Source: Chrysomallon squamiferum (taxonomy: Eukaryota; Animalia; Mollusca). Taken from it: a stretch of 64,000 nt of DNA. Of this stretch, positions 15,401-30,898 are shown one piece after another. The DNA is taken from NCBI GenBank assembly GCA_012295275.1, contig CM022669.1, positions 7,874,001-7,938,000 on the forward strand, read 5' to 3'. The notes beneath the pieces are model-generated. The model worked only from the letters and a program-made list of their open reading frames with translations. It ran no database searches and had not been told where the DNA came from. Both the position numbers and the translations under genes were made by a program. How positions within the stretch are numbered: the stretch's first letter is position 1; every line of letters begins with the position of its first letter.

Positions 15401-18020
15401 TCTATATTTAAAATACTGTTTTCTAACACACTAGTTATGTATAAAAATATGTATATTTAAAATACTGTTTTCTAATACACTAGTTATGTATAAAAATATG
15501 TATATTTAAAAAAAATATGTATATTTAAAATACTGTATTTAAAATATTGTTTTCTAATGCACTAGTTATGTATAAAAATATGTATATTTAAAATACTGTT
15601 TTCTAATGCACTAGTTATGTATAAAAATATCTATATTTAAAATACTGTTTTCTAATGCACTAGTTATGTATAAAAATATCTATATTTAAAATACTGTAAA
15701 AATATCTATATTTAAAATAATGTTTTCTAATGCACTAGGTACATACAGCAGTGCCAAGGCATCATCCTGCTCTCTCTGTCCTGCTGGCAACTACTGCATT
15801 GATCCAGTGACTCCAGTAGCCTGTGACTCTGGAACCTACAGCACACTGGGCAAGGTCTGTCTGTCTGTCTGTCTGTACAAATTTGTCCACACAAATACGT
15901 GTGTACATTTAAGTGTATGAGCTTGAACCTGTTAGTGTTATTCCTATGACTATATTTATATTTTATTATATTTGTTGTTATTTTTGTTCATTTGCTATTG
16001 TCGTAATTTTTATTTATTAAAACATACTACTACAGCTAATGTTATTAAAATTACTACTACTACTACATATACTATTATTAAAACAGATAGTACTAGAACT
16101 ATTCCTATCAAAACTTAAAAACTTTCTTTATTAATAAAACCTGAATAAAACTACTACTACTACTACTACTACTACTACCATTGTTATTATTGTACATGTT
16201 TGATTTCAGACCCTCAGCTGTACTCCATGTCCAGCAGGTTTTCAATGTCCAACTACATCAGCTACTCCATCAGCATGTTCTGCAGGTTTCTACTCTCCTG
16301 CAAACCAGACAGCATGTCTGCCGTGCCCCACTGGGCAGTCATGCATTGATCCTTCCAAAGCTCCAGTCAACTGCCAGTCAGGACAGTACAGTCCACAGGT
16401 AAATTCATATTAGTCATCAGGTGAACAGTGTACAGACAACAGGTATTTATATAATAATCAGCAGTTGAAATTGCACTCAGATCAGAGGAAGAACAACAGT
16501 CAGTAATGCAAATAAAAGATTCATGGTCCAGATGTTAAAGTCTTTTGTTATTAAGAACTAATGAGAAATTTGTAACTGGATATTCCAAACTGTACAATTG
16601 ACTTTTTGTGTTATTTGTAAGTCTTTATTCAGATTTCTACTTGATTTTTAAAACAAAATACGTACACTGGTTTTCAGGGTTCAAGCACATGTGTCCAGTG
16701 TCCGGCAGGGTATGACTGTGATCCCACCAAAGACACACTGCCTCCTTGTAGCAGTGGTAATTACAGCACAGCAGGAGAACGATGCAAGGAGTGTCCACCT
16801 GGCTCCTACTGCCCATTCCCCAGTATCAGTCCAATCTCCTGCAAGTCAGGGACCTACTCCCTCGGCTCTGCCACTCTTTGTACAGTGTGTCCAGCTGGCA
16901 GCTTCTGTGCTTCTACAAGGTTTGTGTTTCATTTGGGTTTACACTTCATTTGGTTCTTTTTTGTTTTGTTTGTACTTCATTAGCATTTATACTTCATTTG
17001 AGTTTATAATTTGGGTTTGTGCTTATTCAGGTATATTCTTCTGTTAAGTCTGTCTTTCTTTTAGATTTGAACATTAATCTTGCTTACAGTATTTGTATTT
17101 TGTACCCAGTAAACTTGAAAAGTTCTGTGTTGCTGTGATTTATTGTTTGTAATATTAATTTATGAAACAGATCTGCCAGTAAAGTAGCTGATAGATGCAG
17201 GCATACAAAAATATGGATGCAATATTTCAACTACAAAAACTACCATTAAAAGGACAAATCTGTTGAAGTACAATGGCTGAATAAATGTTCAGATCATTAG
17301 ATGAGCTTTATATGCAACCATTTCTGTCAAAATATCTAATTTGATAAATTGTGGCTGTAGAAAATTCATCAGCAAAGAGAACTTAAATACTGATACAATA
17401 CACCCACCCTATGGTTCAGTTAGCAAACTGGAGCTGATATAACTAAGAAAAGGGAAAAAGAAGGTCAGGTAACATTTTATGATTATTTCAAATTCAAAAA
17501 AAAAATTCTAATCAAATGGTAGTTGTTAATAAATCCACCATATTATACAAAATATGCTGAGATTTATGACAGCCATTTTAGTACTGTTTTAATTAATTAA
17601 GAAAACACACAATCTCTTTTCAGTTCTAATGCAGTTCTCTGCAGTGAGGGTCAATACAGTTCAGTAGGGGCAACCTCGTGTTCCTCCTGCCCTGCTGGTT
17701 ACTACTGCACTGCGGGAACAGCTACCCCTATTGCCTGCACCCCAGGAACTTATGCTATAGGTGGACAGTCCAGTTGTACAGGTTGTCCTTCAGGATATGC
17801 TTGTCCATCAACCACTACAGGCTCAAGCCAGTACATCTGTCCAGGAGGTGAGAAATAGATAGGTGTCAGTGGATAAATGTTTAGATATGTGCAGAAGATA
17901 AACTGCAGATTTTTGTCAATAAAAGATGTGTATTTCAGATGCTGTCCAGATCAGACATTGTCATGTTAAAAAGTCGAAAAAGGATTGTATTAATAATAAT
18001 AATAATAAAAATAATAAAAG

Positions 18021-18064
<44 letters not shown>

Positions 18065-21000
18065 GCTTAAAATGGAATTTTAATAAACTACTGGGTTTCT
18101 TTTGATTTTGTTTTGGTTTGGATTTTTTCATTTAATATCAATATTAATATAAATGTAATTAATAATCTGTAACTAAATAAAAGTGAGTATTTATTATTTG
18201 TGTTTCTATGTGTGTGTCTATAAAATAAAAATAATTGTTATATACTTTGTAAGTGAAATTAATTAAAAGTGAGTATATACAGAACTAACATTTATGAAAT
18301 GAAACTAATTAGTAATATTGAATGATAATTAAATGAAAGTGAGTATGTTGATTTTCATTTTAAATTTTTTACATTGTTTAAATATTTGTTCAGGTACGTA
18401 TTCCCTGGGCAACCAGTCGAGTTGTACTCCATGTGTTGCTGGATCAGCATGTCCCAACTCTGCAGAAGACTCTGCTGTCCCTTGCTCTGCTGGATTCTAT
18501 GCTCAGGCTGGATCTCCTACCTGCCAGCCATGCCCTGCAGGATGGCAGTGCCCTACAACAGATGGGTTGAGTAACTCCCGCTGCCAGACAGGTTACTACT
18601 CACTTGGTAATGCCACGGCATGCACAGAATGTCCAGTGGGAAAAGCGTGTCCATCAACAACCTCAGATCAAATCAGTGACTGTGTCCCTGGGACATACTC
18701 CATCGGCAAGCAGACATCTTGCACTGTATGTCCAAAAGGTTATGAATGTCCAGACATCAATGCAAACACTGAAACTAAATGTGCTAGTGGATTTTACAGT
18801 GAAGGAGGAAGAGCAGCATGTGTCCAGTGTCCTGCAGGATTCCGCTGTCCCACTATTTATGATGACTACAAGATCACATGCACTCCTGGAACATTTTCTG
18901 AGGCAGGAGCCACAACTTGCACTGAATGTCCAGCAGGCGAAGAGTGTCCACGGAACAACCAGACAGGTACACCTTGTACTGATGGTTACTACAGTTTAGC
19001 TGGACAGACAGCTTGTACACCATGTCCAGCTGGCTATCAGTGTTCTACAAAGAATATTAAACCAGTCATCTGTCCAGCAGGAGAATACAGCAGTGGACTG
19101 GCTATCACTTGCTCCACTTGTGATGCTGGCTATGTCTGTCCTGAAGGAAGCACAAGAAAAGATCCACCAGATGGATTGTGTAAACTTGGATATTACTGTC
19201 CTGATGGTAAAACAGAAACTATGTGTCCAAAAGGAACTTATGGTGATGTTAGAGGATTCACATTAGCTACTGAATGCAAAGACTGCCTCCAGGGATACTA
19301 TTGTCCAGAAGGTACTGCTGGTCAACCTTCATCTAGCCTTATTTGTCCTAAAGGCCATTTCTGTCCAACGAAAACTGGAGACTACAAGGATAGTCCCTGT
19401 CCTGGAGGAACATACTTTAATGATCTTGGTGCTGTTTCACAAACAGAATGCAAAGACTGTTCACCAGGTCGATTCTGTCCTGCTGGTACTGCTGATGATT
19501 GGCATGACTCAAATGAATGTCCTAGAGGTCACTATTGCCCTACAAAGACTGCCACACCCATACCTTGTCCAGGAGGGATGTACACAGCAGAAACCGGATC
19601 TACTGGACTTGAGTTCTGTAGGATATGTCCAGCTGGTCATTATTGTGTTGCTGGGACACCAACTCCAACTCCTTGTGATCCTGGCTTCTTTAATCCTTAC
19701 ACTGAACAGAACAGTTCAGCTAATTGTGCCCCATGCACAGCAGGATTTGCCTGCACATCTTATGGACTTACTCAGCCAAATTACCCTTGTTCTCCAGGAT
19801 ACTACTGTCCAGGAGGTAACCATCTACCTAACCAGACTGAGTATGCATGTCCTGCAGGAACTTTCACAAACTTCAACAACTTAACATCACCTGACCAGTG
19901 CCAGGATTGTGAAGTCACTGTGGCCTGCCTGATAGGAACTGGAGGCACCCAGAAACCACCAGTGTCTTGTGCTAAAGGACACTACTGTCCTGTGAAAACT
20001 TCATCACCAACACAGTATCCATGTGCAGCAGGAACCTGGTCTAATCTTACAAACCTGGCCAGTCAGAAAGCATGCTATCCTTGTCCTATAGGATACTACT
20101 GTCTGGAAGGATCTTCTGCTCCTACTGATGTATGTGCCAAAGGTCACTGGTGTCCGCTCAGTAAGTGTTGTTTTTTTAAATTGTTTTATTTTTTGGGGAT
20201 TTTTAAATTAATTTTTCACAAATAAAATCTGTTACAAGACATATGTAATTAAAATGTTCTAAAGTCATTTAAATATCTATATATTTTCTTCTTTTGTTAA
20301 TTGTGGTTCTGTTACTGCTTCATTTATTTTATTTTATTTTATTTTTTTGTTTTTGTTTCTATCAATTATGATTTTATGTCAGTACGGATGTCTCTGTATT
20401 AATTGGTAGGAAAATAAATAGCTATAAAGGTATATTTGGTACTTTACAAGTTCAACAATAAATTCAAATGCTAATTTTATTTTAGATACCGAATATGCCA
20501 CCCAGCACCCATGCCATGCCGGTTCCTATAGCAACAAGACAGGAAATATACGATGGGAACAGTGTGTAGACTGCCCATCTGGACACTACTGTCCGCAGGC
20601 GTCTGTCCTTCCAACTGGATGTCCAGCGTAAGTGTTTCGAGCAACTATTTTTTAAACAAAGTTTTAGCTTTATTTTGTCAGATCATTAGAGCATAACAAT
20701 TTTTTAATGTCAGTTATTGGTTGTTGATATTTAGTATTTTAAATAAATACAAAAAAAAATTAAAAAAATAGTTAACTGAAGTTTTGTTTGCCAGCAAAAG
20801 AATCTTTAAAATATGCACTTACCTTACTTGTAGTCTTTGACAACCCATTAATGAAGATATGTTTGCAACTGGAAGTAGTAATAATAATAAAAAAGGAAGA
20901 ATGTCTACTATTTATTTATTTTTAACCTACATTAACATTAAGTTTTTATTATTATTATTATTATTATTGTATTGTTTTTCAAAAATAAAATTAAAATATG

Positions 21001-24000
21001 TAAGACTGTATCATAAGACAGTTGGTGAGTTTCTTCTCTAATGCATATGTTACACTTTTCAGTGGCACTTACTATGAGAACACAAAGGCAGAGAAGGTTG
21101 GAGACTGTGTGGCGTGCAAGGCAGGATATTACTGCCCTGGACTGAGTAACACTGAACCAATCCCGTGTGAGAAAGGAAATTACTCGGATACTGGAGCTGA
21201 AACCTGCTCCCTGTGTGAAGCTGGCTACTACTGTGACCAAAACACCACCAGCAAAACATTCATGTTGAATGAAAGGATCTGTCCACCAGGTGATTAGTAA
21301 TTTAAATCTAACACAATCCTCTAACTGACTTACTGTTACAGCAAAGTCCATTGATTCACCTGTTGCAATATAGTCATTTAATTCATCTATTAGTGTAATG
21401 AGTCCACTGAATCATGTAGTATAATATAGTCATTTGATTTGCCTGTTATTGTAATTGAGTCCATTGATTCACCTATTATAATATATTCAATTTGATTCAT
21501 CTGTTATTGTAATTCAGTCCTTTGATTCACCTGTTATTTTTATTTTTATTTTATTTTATTTTATTATTTATTTATTTATTTATTTTTTTTTTGTCTTGCA
21601 GGTGTGGAGTGTCCACCAGGAATGTCCAAACAGCCTGATCTGATAGCTGACAAGTGCCGGACAGGTCACTACTGTCCAGCAGGCAACATCAATCCATACC
21701 CTGTTCCTTGTCCTAAAGGAACCTACAATCCAGACTATGGAAGAAAACAGGTTTCTGACTGTGTATACTGTACACCAGGGCAGTACTGTGATGTGGAGGG
21801 TCTCAACACCACTGCAGGGGATTGCCCTGGAGGTTACTATTGTCCTTTAGGAACAGCAGAATCCACCACATATCCTTGTCCTATAGGTTTCTACAGGAAT
21901 GGATCAGCCCGGGAGTCATTCCAGGATTGCACAGAGTGTATCTCTGGGTACTACTGTGACCGAGAAGGACTTGCCCTGCCTATTGATTGTCCTCCAGGAT
22001 ACTTTTGTGTTAGTGGCAGCACATTTGCTCAGCCATGTCCTCTTGGCACCTACAGCAACTCCACTAAACTGCGACGAAGCACAGACTGCACCCCTTGTCC
22101 AGGAGGTTACTACTGTGATGGCATAGGCAGGACTGAACCCACAGATATTTGTGATGCTGGATTTTTCTGTCGTGAAAAGGCCTATACTTCAGCTCCACCT
22201 AATGGAGCCACTGGAGGAGTGTGTGAAGCTGGAGGATACTGTCCTGCTGGATCAGCTTTCCCATCTGCCTGTCCTGTTGGTAAATATAGCAAATCTAAGG
22301 GAGCTAAAACAGAACAAGATTGTATCCCTTGTGACCCAGGATTTTTCTGTGCAGGTTCTAGTAGCAGCAATGCCTCAGAACAGTGTGCTGCAGGATACTA
22401 CTGTACTGGAGGTTCAGGCACACCAACACAATATGAAGCAACTAAAGGACATTTTACTTTGAAAGGAGCTTTCAAGGAGGAGCCTTGTCCACCAGGAAGG
22501 TACCAACCTGCTGACAGATCTTCTGAATGTCTCCTCTGTCCTCAAGGATACTACTGTCATGGACCTCAGAATGTAAATGCTTCCATCTGTCCTAAAGGTC
22601 ATTACTGTCCTGAAGGAAGTCAGGACCCAGTGCCTTGCCCTCCAGGAACTTTCTTGAAAACTGTAGGATTCTATCTAGAGTCTCACTGCCTGGCCTGCTC
22701 TGGAGGCTATGCTTGTGAAGAATATGGTATTGTTGAACCACAGACAAAATGTTCCCCAGGACACTACTGTGTTTCTGGCTCAAACACTTCTCGTCCAGTG
22801 GGAATGACATTTGGTGACCTGTGTCCCCCTGGCTACTACTGCCCTGAAGGGACTGCTAATTATACAAACACTCCTTGTTCTAATGGAACATATGGTAACT
22901 ATTCTGGTATGGACAGTGCTGACAACTGTACAAAGTGTGATCCTGGTAAGGTATGTAATGGATTAGCACTGACAGAACCTAATGGAATATGTGCTGCAGG
23001 CTTTTACTGCAAAAGTGGAGCCAAGACTGACCAGCCTATGGATGGGGGAATCACAGGTAATCCGTGTTTCAAAGGAAGCTACTGTCCACCTGGCACAGGT
23101 AAGAAATGTTACCAAGATTTTGTAATAGTGGTGATATAAAGATAAAATTCATGATTATTTATGATCATATACAGTTGAATATCAAACCAAAAATTTAAGG
23201 CATATTAAATTTCAAACATGTATATACATTAAAAAACCAAACAGATATCTGTTTACACACATTATATAAATACACTTATGTACATTTTAATATGTTTGTT
23301 ACCTGCAGGTGAACCTAAAGAATGTCCTGCTGGTTCTTACACAAATACAACAGGATTAGACCACTGTGATGGATGTCCACCCAGCTTCTACTGTCCAGGA
23401 GGAGAACTTGTCATTCGATGTCCTAGAGGGCGCTACTGTCCAGGAAATACAACAACTGATCAACCAAAATGTCCAGTGGGCACATACAACCCTGACTTTG
23501 GTAAAAAAAAAAAATTATATTTTATTTCTTGCTGTGTTGAGCTATGACTAAAAGGTATTACATACAATAAGTTAAAATATTTGACAAATTATGCAAGTGT
23601 ATGGAGGATTGACAAATAAACTAGGACAGTTAAAAATGTTGAGAAATATTTTAATATTAAATATTTCTTTTCAGTTATCAAGAGTCAGTAACAAATAATT
23701 TAGATGTATTTATTGTTACTTGTCGTAACTTTTCTTTTATATATATATATATACACATTCATACATACATAGACACACAAACTTGTACACACATGTATAC
23801 ATACACATCAGTCAGCATTTGTCTTACATATGACATATTTTTATAACACTGTAAAACAAATGGTTTTAGATACTACATAAAACATTTTATTACAAAATGT
23901 AACATGCCATGATTACTTTATAACACACTGTAAAATAAATGTTAATGATAATTATGATTTGTACTTACAGAGCTGTCCAGTGAGAGTGAATGTCGACCAT

Positions 24001-24372
24001 GTTTGGGAGGTTACTACTGTCATGCTCTTGGAGCTGTGAATTTTGACTTCAGTGTAAATACATCAGGAACTGGAGTGTGTAGTGCAGGCTACTACTGCAA
24101 ACTAGGTAAAAACCTTCATCTATATAAAATGTTTTTCTCACTATTTTTTTTACTTGCTCTTTTCTTTTTCTATGTATGTTTTTATATATGCATTTTTTTT
24201 TTTTTTTTTATTTTTTTATCTATTTATATTTAGTTCCTTTTCACAGTTAACATCTGTATTTTATACAGGTTTATGATTTGTAGTGAATAATTTACATAGA
24301 TTGTTTGCGTTGCTAAATTATTTTTACCACCTGTTGTGTCTGGTTAATGTGTCATGTTTAGTTTTTGTGTGT

Positions 24373-24403
<31 letters not shown>

Positions 24404-24988
24404 ACTTACACTCCTTTCTATATATGATATTGAACAGTACGTTATATTCATCAGTTTGAGTGTGTTTGTGCATTTGTGTCAGTACATAAGAGTGGCTGGA
24501 TGGATACACAACCTGCTCACTTTCAATAACATGCTAATTTTCACATCAGGGGTCAATGTCAGCACCCCAACCCCTGAAACCACCTCAGGCCTAGGTGGCC
24601 CTTGTCCCACTGGTTTCTTCTGCCCTGAGAAAACTGAAGATCCAGTCCCTTGTCCAAATGGCACCTACCGGGACGCCATCATGGGTGTGTCATCTGCAGA
24701 CTGCTTTGACTGTAAGCTTGGATCTTACTGCAATGGACAGAATCTCTCAGATGTGTCTGGTCCATGTGATGCTGGCTTCTACTGTATGAGAGGAAATAAA
24801 TACTCACAGCCAACAGGTGAACCTTAATTATCTATTTTATTTATTTATTTATTTATTTATTTAATTCATTCATTCATTCATCCATTCTTATATTTATTTA
24901 ATTTTAATGGATATTCTTGTAATAAAGAAAAATAAATTAAATAAATAAATATTAAAACACACTCTCACACACAAACACATACACACAT

Positions 24989-25032
<44 letters not shown>

Positions 25033-28000
25033 TTCTTTATATATGTATAGAGTTAGATAGATAGACGGATAGATACATATATAAAAACACTTTTTTTTTA
25101 TAAATCATGATCTTAACTTTTTCTCTCCACAGGTATAGACACAAGTATTGGAGGCCCATGTCCTATAGGCCACTACTGTCCTACTGGGACATCATACCCA
25201 CTGGAGTGTCCTGCAGGGACATACAACAATGTGACAGGACGTGCTGAGTGCTTCGGCTGTCCAGCAGGTTACTTCTGTCCAGAAAACATCACCAACTATG
25301 AGTTGTACCCATGTCCAGTTGGTCACTACTGTCCGAACAACACAAGGAACAGAGATGAGTACCCTTGTCCAAGAGGCTACTTCCGGAACTTCACCATGGG
25401 TCAGAAGGTTGAGGACTGCTTCCCTTGTCCTGGTGGTCAGTACTGTGAGAATGCTGGACTTAGCTGGCCGACAGGAGAATGTGATCCAGGTATAAGCAAA
25501 TAAACAAGCACATACTTAATCCAAAAAAAAAAAAATAATAATAAAAACAAAAAAAGAATCTAAAATCTATATAAATATTTAAAAAAAAAAAAATAATAAT
25601 AATAAATGTATTATATATGTATATATATTTATTGATTTATTTTAAATTAGGTTTCTTCTGTGTCCATGCTTCCTGGTCAAAACAACCCAGTGACTACAAC
25701 AACTACACATTCAATGACTGTTTGTGTCCAAGCAATTTGACTGGTGGTCAGTGCCGTCCTGGTTTCTACTGTCCAAAGGGTTCTAGTGAACCTGTGCCCT
25801 GCACTGAAGGATCATATTGTGCAACACCAGGTACAGATTGTAACACTGTTTCACAGTGTTTTACAGTGTATAACATTTAACTATGTATTAATTTGCTGTG
25901 TGATTGCGAATGAAATGTGCAGGGATTGGTTGTACTGGATGGGTAGAGCTTGGGTTGGGTGGTGGTCTGGTGTATGTGGGGTGACTGGTTGGTGGTGGGG
26001 TGACAGGGTGAATACAAGAGTCAGGGAACCCTTTTCAGTTTAAAACCTCTAAAGAAGATGAAATATTTATTTATTTATTTATTTATTTATATATTACAAG
26101 GTGAAGATTAATATATATTTTTAAAATTACCTTTTGTTAGGTCTCTCTCTGGTTACCAGTCCATGTCAGGCTGGTTACTACTGTAACAAAATGGCTACAC
26201 GACCTGATCCGTCTGATGGAATAACTGGTGATGTTTGCCCTCCAGGAAGATATTGTGGTATGAATTTAAATATCTGGTTTTAATGCTGTGTGAATTCAGA
26301 GTATCACTTTAATTTTGTGCTTTATATGTTTTCAGTTTTCTTTAATCTTAAGACTGAAATTTAGGCATTAAGTCAGTCTCAATCAAAATATTGAATTCTT
26401 ATTCATCTTTTTTTATTATTATTATTATTTTTATTTTATTTTTGTTTTGTTTTATTTTGTTAAAAATTTAAAAATAAATAAATAAATAATTAAAAAATCA
26501 CATTATATACTTCACAGACAATACAAATTTTTAAAAAGTTTTAAATTTATTTTTAAATATTTCATGTTATCTCTCTATCTAATAGTTTAATTCAAAACAA
26601 ACTATAAAAATATTAATGTATAAAAAAATTACTTTATAAAACAATAATAACATAAAATTACTTTATAAAATAAAGTAGAACATAACTATAGTTATGTCAT
26701 AATATACTTAAAACACAATATTACATTGTTTAATTTTTTTTAACATTGTTCAGAGATAGGCAGTACTTCAAACCCAGCCAAATGTCCTATTGGAACATTT
26801 TCTAACAAAACAGGAAATAGGGTAATGCAAGACTGCACAAACTGTACACAGGGATTTTACTGTGCATCAGAAGGTCTAACAGAACCAACTGGTCCCTGTG
26901 CTGAAGGTAAATATTTAAATTGTCTATTTATTATTATTATTATTTATGTTTTATATATTGAATGTTTTGTCTTTTATTTCTTAGACACTGCATAATGTAA
27001 TAACTAATTTGATATTCTTATTATTATTTATTATTATTATCATCAACATCATTATCATCATTATTTTAAGATAATACACTGATCATAATATTAATTGCAT
27101 TTCAGGATACTTCTGCCCTCCTGGCCAATCAATGAACAATCCATATGTCTGTACACCTGGAAACTACTGCCCAGTGGGCAGCTTTGAAGAAGTCCACTGT
27201 CCATCTGGCACTTACCAAGACCAAAATGGCCAAGGACAGTGTAAAGAGTGCATGGCTGGTCAGTACTAACATGTTAAAGAATGTGTGTGTGTGTGTGCGT
27301 GCATGGCATGTGTTCTGTGTGTCAGTTTGCATATATTGCAGCTTATCAGATAAAACCTAAAAAATGCATCTATGTAACACACAAACACACATACAGAGTA
27401 ACAAGACACATACACCAACATACACATAAAAGTATATAAATACTACTATAAAAATAATGTTTCAGTATTATTACATTCTATATCGGTAAAAATTATCATC
27501 CGAGATTATTTCATTGCTAAAAAATAAAAGCATATTATTGCAAAGAAGAACAATGGTTGCACCTCTTCTTATTCATATTTTTCTTTCTATTCAAAAAGGT
27601 TATTACTGTAATGATGTGGACAACTTGGCTTCCTACACCTCATACCCATGTCCTAGTGGTCACTACTGTCCTAATGGGACCAAGTGGTCCACACAGTATG
27701 GTTGTCCTTTAGGAACCTACAGTCCTAACACGAAGCTGGAATCAGTTGATGAGTGTTTACAATGTGATGCTGGAAAATACTGTGCTCACATTGGCTGGAC
27801 CAATATTACAGGTATGGTTTACTACTCTTTTCTTTACAGACTAGAATTATTTATGATTTATTTATATGAAGTTTAAATGTTTATTGGATTATTATTCTGT
27901 TTTAACTTTTAAAAAAAATCACATTCAGTAAGGTGGACATAAAAATACAATTCAGATTTGTCTGAAAATATGAAAATATTTTAAAGTAATAATTAAAATA

Positions 28001-30855
28001 TTTATATCTTCACCTATAAACATACTCGTCAGATATATATATATATATAACCACAGTAATAAATGCATATTATATAAAGTGTTATCTCACAAACTGTTGG
28101 TGATTATATTTGTCTAGGAGACTGTTATGCTGGTTATTGGTGCAAAAGCGGATCTTCCAGCCCCACCCCAGTAGATGGAGTTACAGGAGAAGAATGTCCT
28201 GAAGGATCTTACTGTCCTGCTGGGACGCCAACTCCAAGTCCTTGTCCCCGGGGCACTGTATCTAACAGTACTGGCCTTGTCAGTGCCACAGAATGTCAGG
28301 ACTGCCCTGGTGGCTTTTACTGTGATTCCACAGGTCTTAAAGAACCCACAGGACCTTGTGCATCAAGATACTACTGCAGAGGAAAAGCAACAGAAGCCCG
28401 CCCTGCTGATGGAGTCACTGGCAGTGTGTGCACAGTTGGCCACTACTGTCCAGAAGGAACAGCTGATCCAATAGAATGTCCTGATGGAACGTACATGACA
28501 AACACTGGAGCTGATGTCTGCTGGAAATGTACTGCTGGACATTACTGTGTTTCTGGTGGAATTCCTGAAGTCTGTCCTCAAGGTTATTATTGTCCAGAAG
28601 GAACTGGAAAAGTGTGGAAATCATGTCCACTTGGTACATTCAGTACAAACACTGGATTGTGGCTGGCAGAAAACTGTACCCAATGCACAGGAGGTTATTA
28701 CTGTTCTGAGAGTAATGCCACAAATGTCACTGGAGAGTGTGAAGCTGGATACTACTGCACTGTAGGATCTGATTCTGCCACTCCTGATATTAATGCAACT
28801 GGCACTTCTGGACCTTGTCCTCCAGGACATTACTGTCCATCTAGGACTAACACTCCAGTGAAGTGTCCTTTAGGAACATTCAACAACAATACTAAAGCAG
28901 TAGATGTGTCTAGTTGCACACAATGTCCATATGGTAAATACTGTGGAGAGCAAGGATTGGCTGAACCATCAGGAGACTGCTGGGCTGGATTTTTCTGTCT
29001 GTTAGGAGCCAAGTATCCAAACAATCCAAATCTAGATGCTACAGGAGGACCCTGCCCTGTTGGACACTTCTGTCCCAATGGTACATCATATCCTCTGGGT
29101 TGCAGTGCAGGATCCTACAGCATGGTGACTGGACTAAAAGAATGTGTTCCATGTCCAGCAGGGTATTACTGTCCTGAGAACTCCACAGACTATTCTGGAA
29201 CACCTTGCCCTCCTGGTCACTACTGTCCTCAAGGAACATCTAATCCAGATCAATTTCCTTGTGATAAAGGAACATACAACAACTACACACAGAAGCAGAC
29301 CAAGAGTGACTGTACACCTTGTGAACCAGGAACTTATTGTGCATCTACAGGACTGGTGTATCCTACAGGAATGTGTGCAGAAGGCTGGTACTGTATTAGA
29401 GGTGCATGGTCAGATAAGCCCACAGATATTGGAAACTACACAGCCTCTAACTGTTCTTGTCCAGCTGACATGACAGGTGGTCAATGTCAGCCTGGTCAGT
29501 TCTGTCCTGCTGGGTCAAGTGAACCACAAGCTTGTCTTCCTGGTAAGTCAATAGTGATATCATTTTTATTTTTATTTTTTTATTTTATTATTGGTATTAT
29601 TAGCGATGTCATTGTTATTTTCTTTTATCTATATCATCATCATCATCTTCATTATCCATCATTATTATTATCATTATCATTATATATTTCAAAACATTAA
29701 ATGTGACTGTCAGGTTGTTTTAATTCCTTTCTGTGAAGAAGTACGTATAACAAATTTTTCTTTTTTTAAATATTTATATCAGAGATTGCTACTGCAAGTA
29801 ATTAGGAACATTACTCTAATAAGCTGTGTTTTACTAATTGGTATTGATATAATTACAGGCCACTATTGTGAGTCATCAGGACTGGCCAATGTGACAGGAC
29901 CCTGCTCAGCTGGGTATTTCTGTACCTTGTCTGCTATTCGACCAGATCCACAAGGAGATTCTACTGGAGGAATATGTCCAAAAGGAAACTACTGTCCAGT
30001 GGCTACTGGCACCCCAGTTAAATGTTCACCTGGCTATTTTTCAAACTCAACAGGAAATACTCAAGTCTCAGATTGTCAGCTCTGTACACCAGGTGAGTGA
30101 TTTGGAAAGAAGAATATATTTTTTGTATTTGTGTATTTAAAGTTTATTTGTGTGTACAAACGTGATCATTCATGCAACAGTGACACCAATTCATTTAAAG
30201 TGTGTTTCTGACTTAAAAAGATATACAACTTGCTTCTGATAATTGTTCTACCAAAAGAGGATTAGTCAAATAAATGCAACCACTTTTCTACCATAATTGT
30301 CTCTAAAAATTGCATTCAGTAATTTATATCCTAATCACTGTTAACTTTCAACAGGTTTCATTAATTGGTTTTTGTCTTTTTCAGGTAAATACTGTGACAG
30401 CTATGGCTTGGAGGAACCAACAGGTCTCTGTGATGCTGGATATTACTGCCCTGGGGGTCAGAACAGTAGTACACCCTTAGATCATACCTGTACGCCAGGA
30501 CACTTTTGTGTACAGGGCAGCACAGACCAGCAAGCTTGTGAATCAGGAACATATCAAGACGAATTTACAAAGGTGAACATACATGGAATAATTTAAGAAT
30601 AAAGTGAAAGAATTTCTGGTACTGGTTTGGTTAGATAAATGCTGTGTCATCTGTGCATAAAAGCCTAATTAGTACTGGACATTATAATGTTTGTGAGAAA
30701 AAACGTAGCCATACAAATAAACTGAATAATAATTTAATTAAAATATTTTTTTTTACTATGTCAGTTTTTCCATACAATTTTATTATCAACAAAGGAACAA
30801 CTCATCAATATTATAACATGTCTGTGTCATTCCAAGCATATAAAAAAAAAACATC

Positions 30856-30898
<43 letters not shown>

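Noticed and set aside
15120-15738. CRISPR-like appearance of regular repeats (also 49878-49965, 62850-63130)
   Set aside because: Head-to-tail units with no unique spacers, eukaryotic intron context, no cas genes
17160-17480. Higher-complexity intronic stretch that may be a decayed interspersed repeat (also ~1780-2010, 2400-2530)
   Set aside because: No TIRs, TSDs, polyA tail or transposase/RT similarity visible; needs RepeatModeler/RepeatMasker
25920-26030. G-rich intronic tract with several GGG runs (possible G-quadruplex)
   Set aside because: Irregular long loops, single occurrence, no supporting evidence
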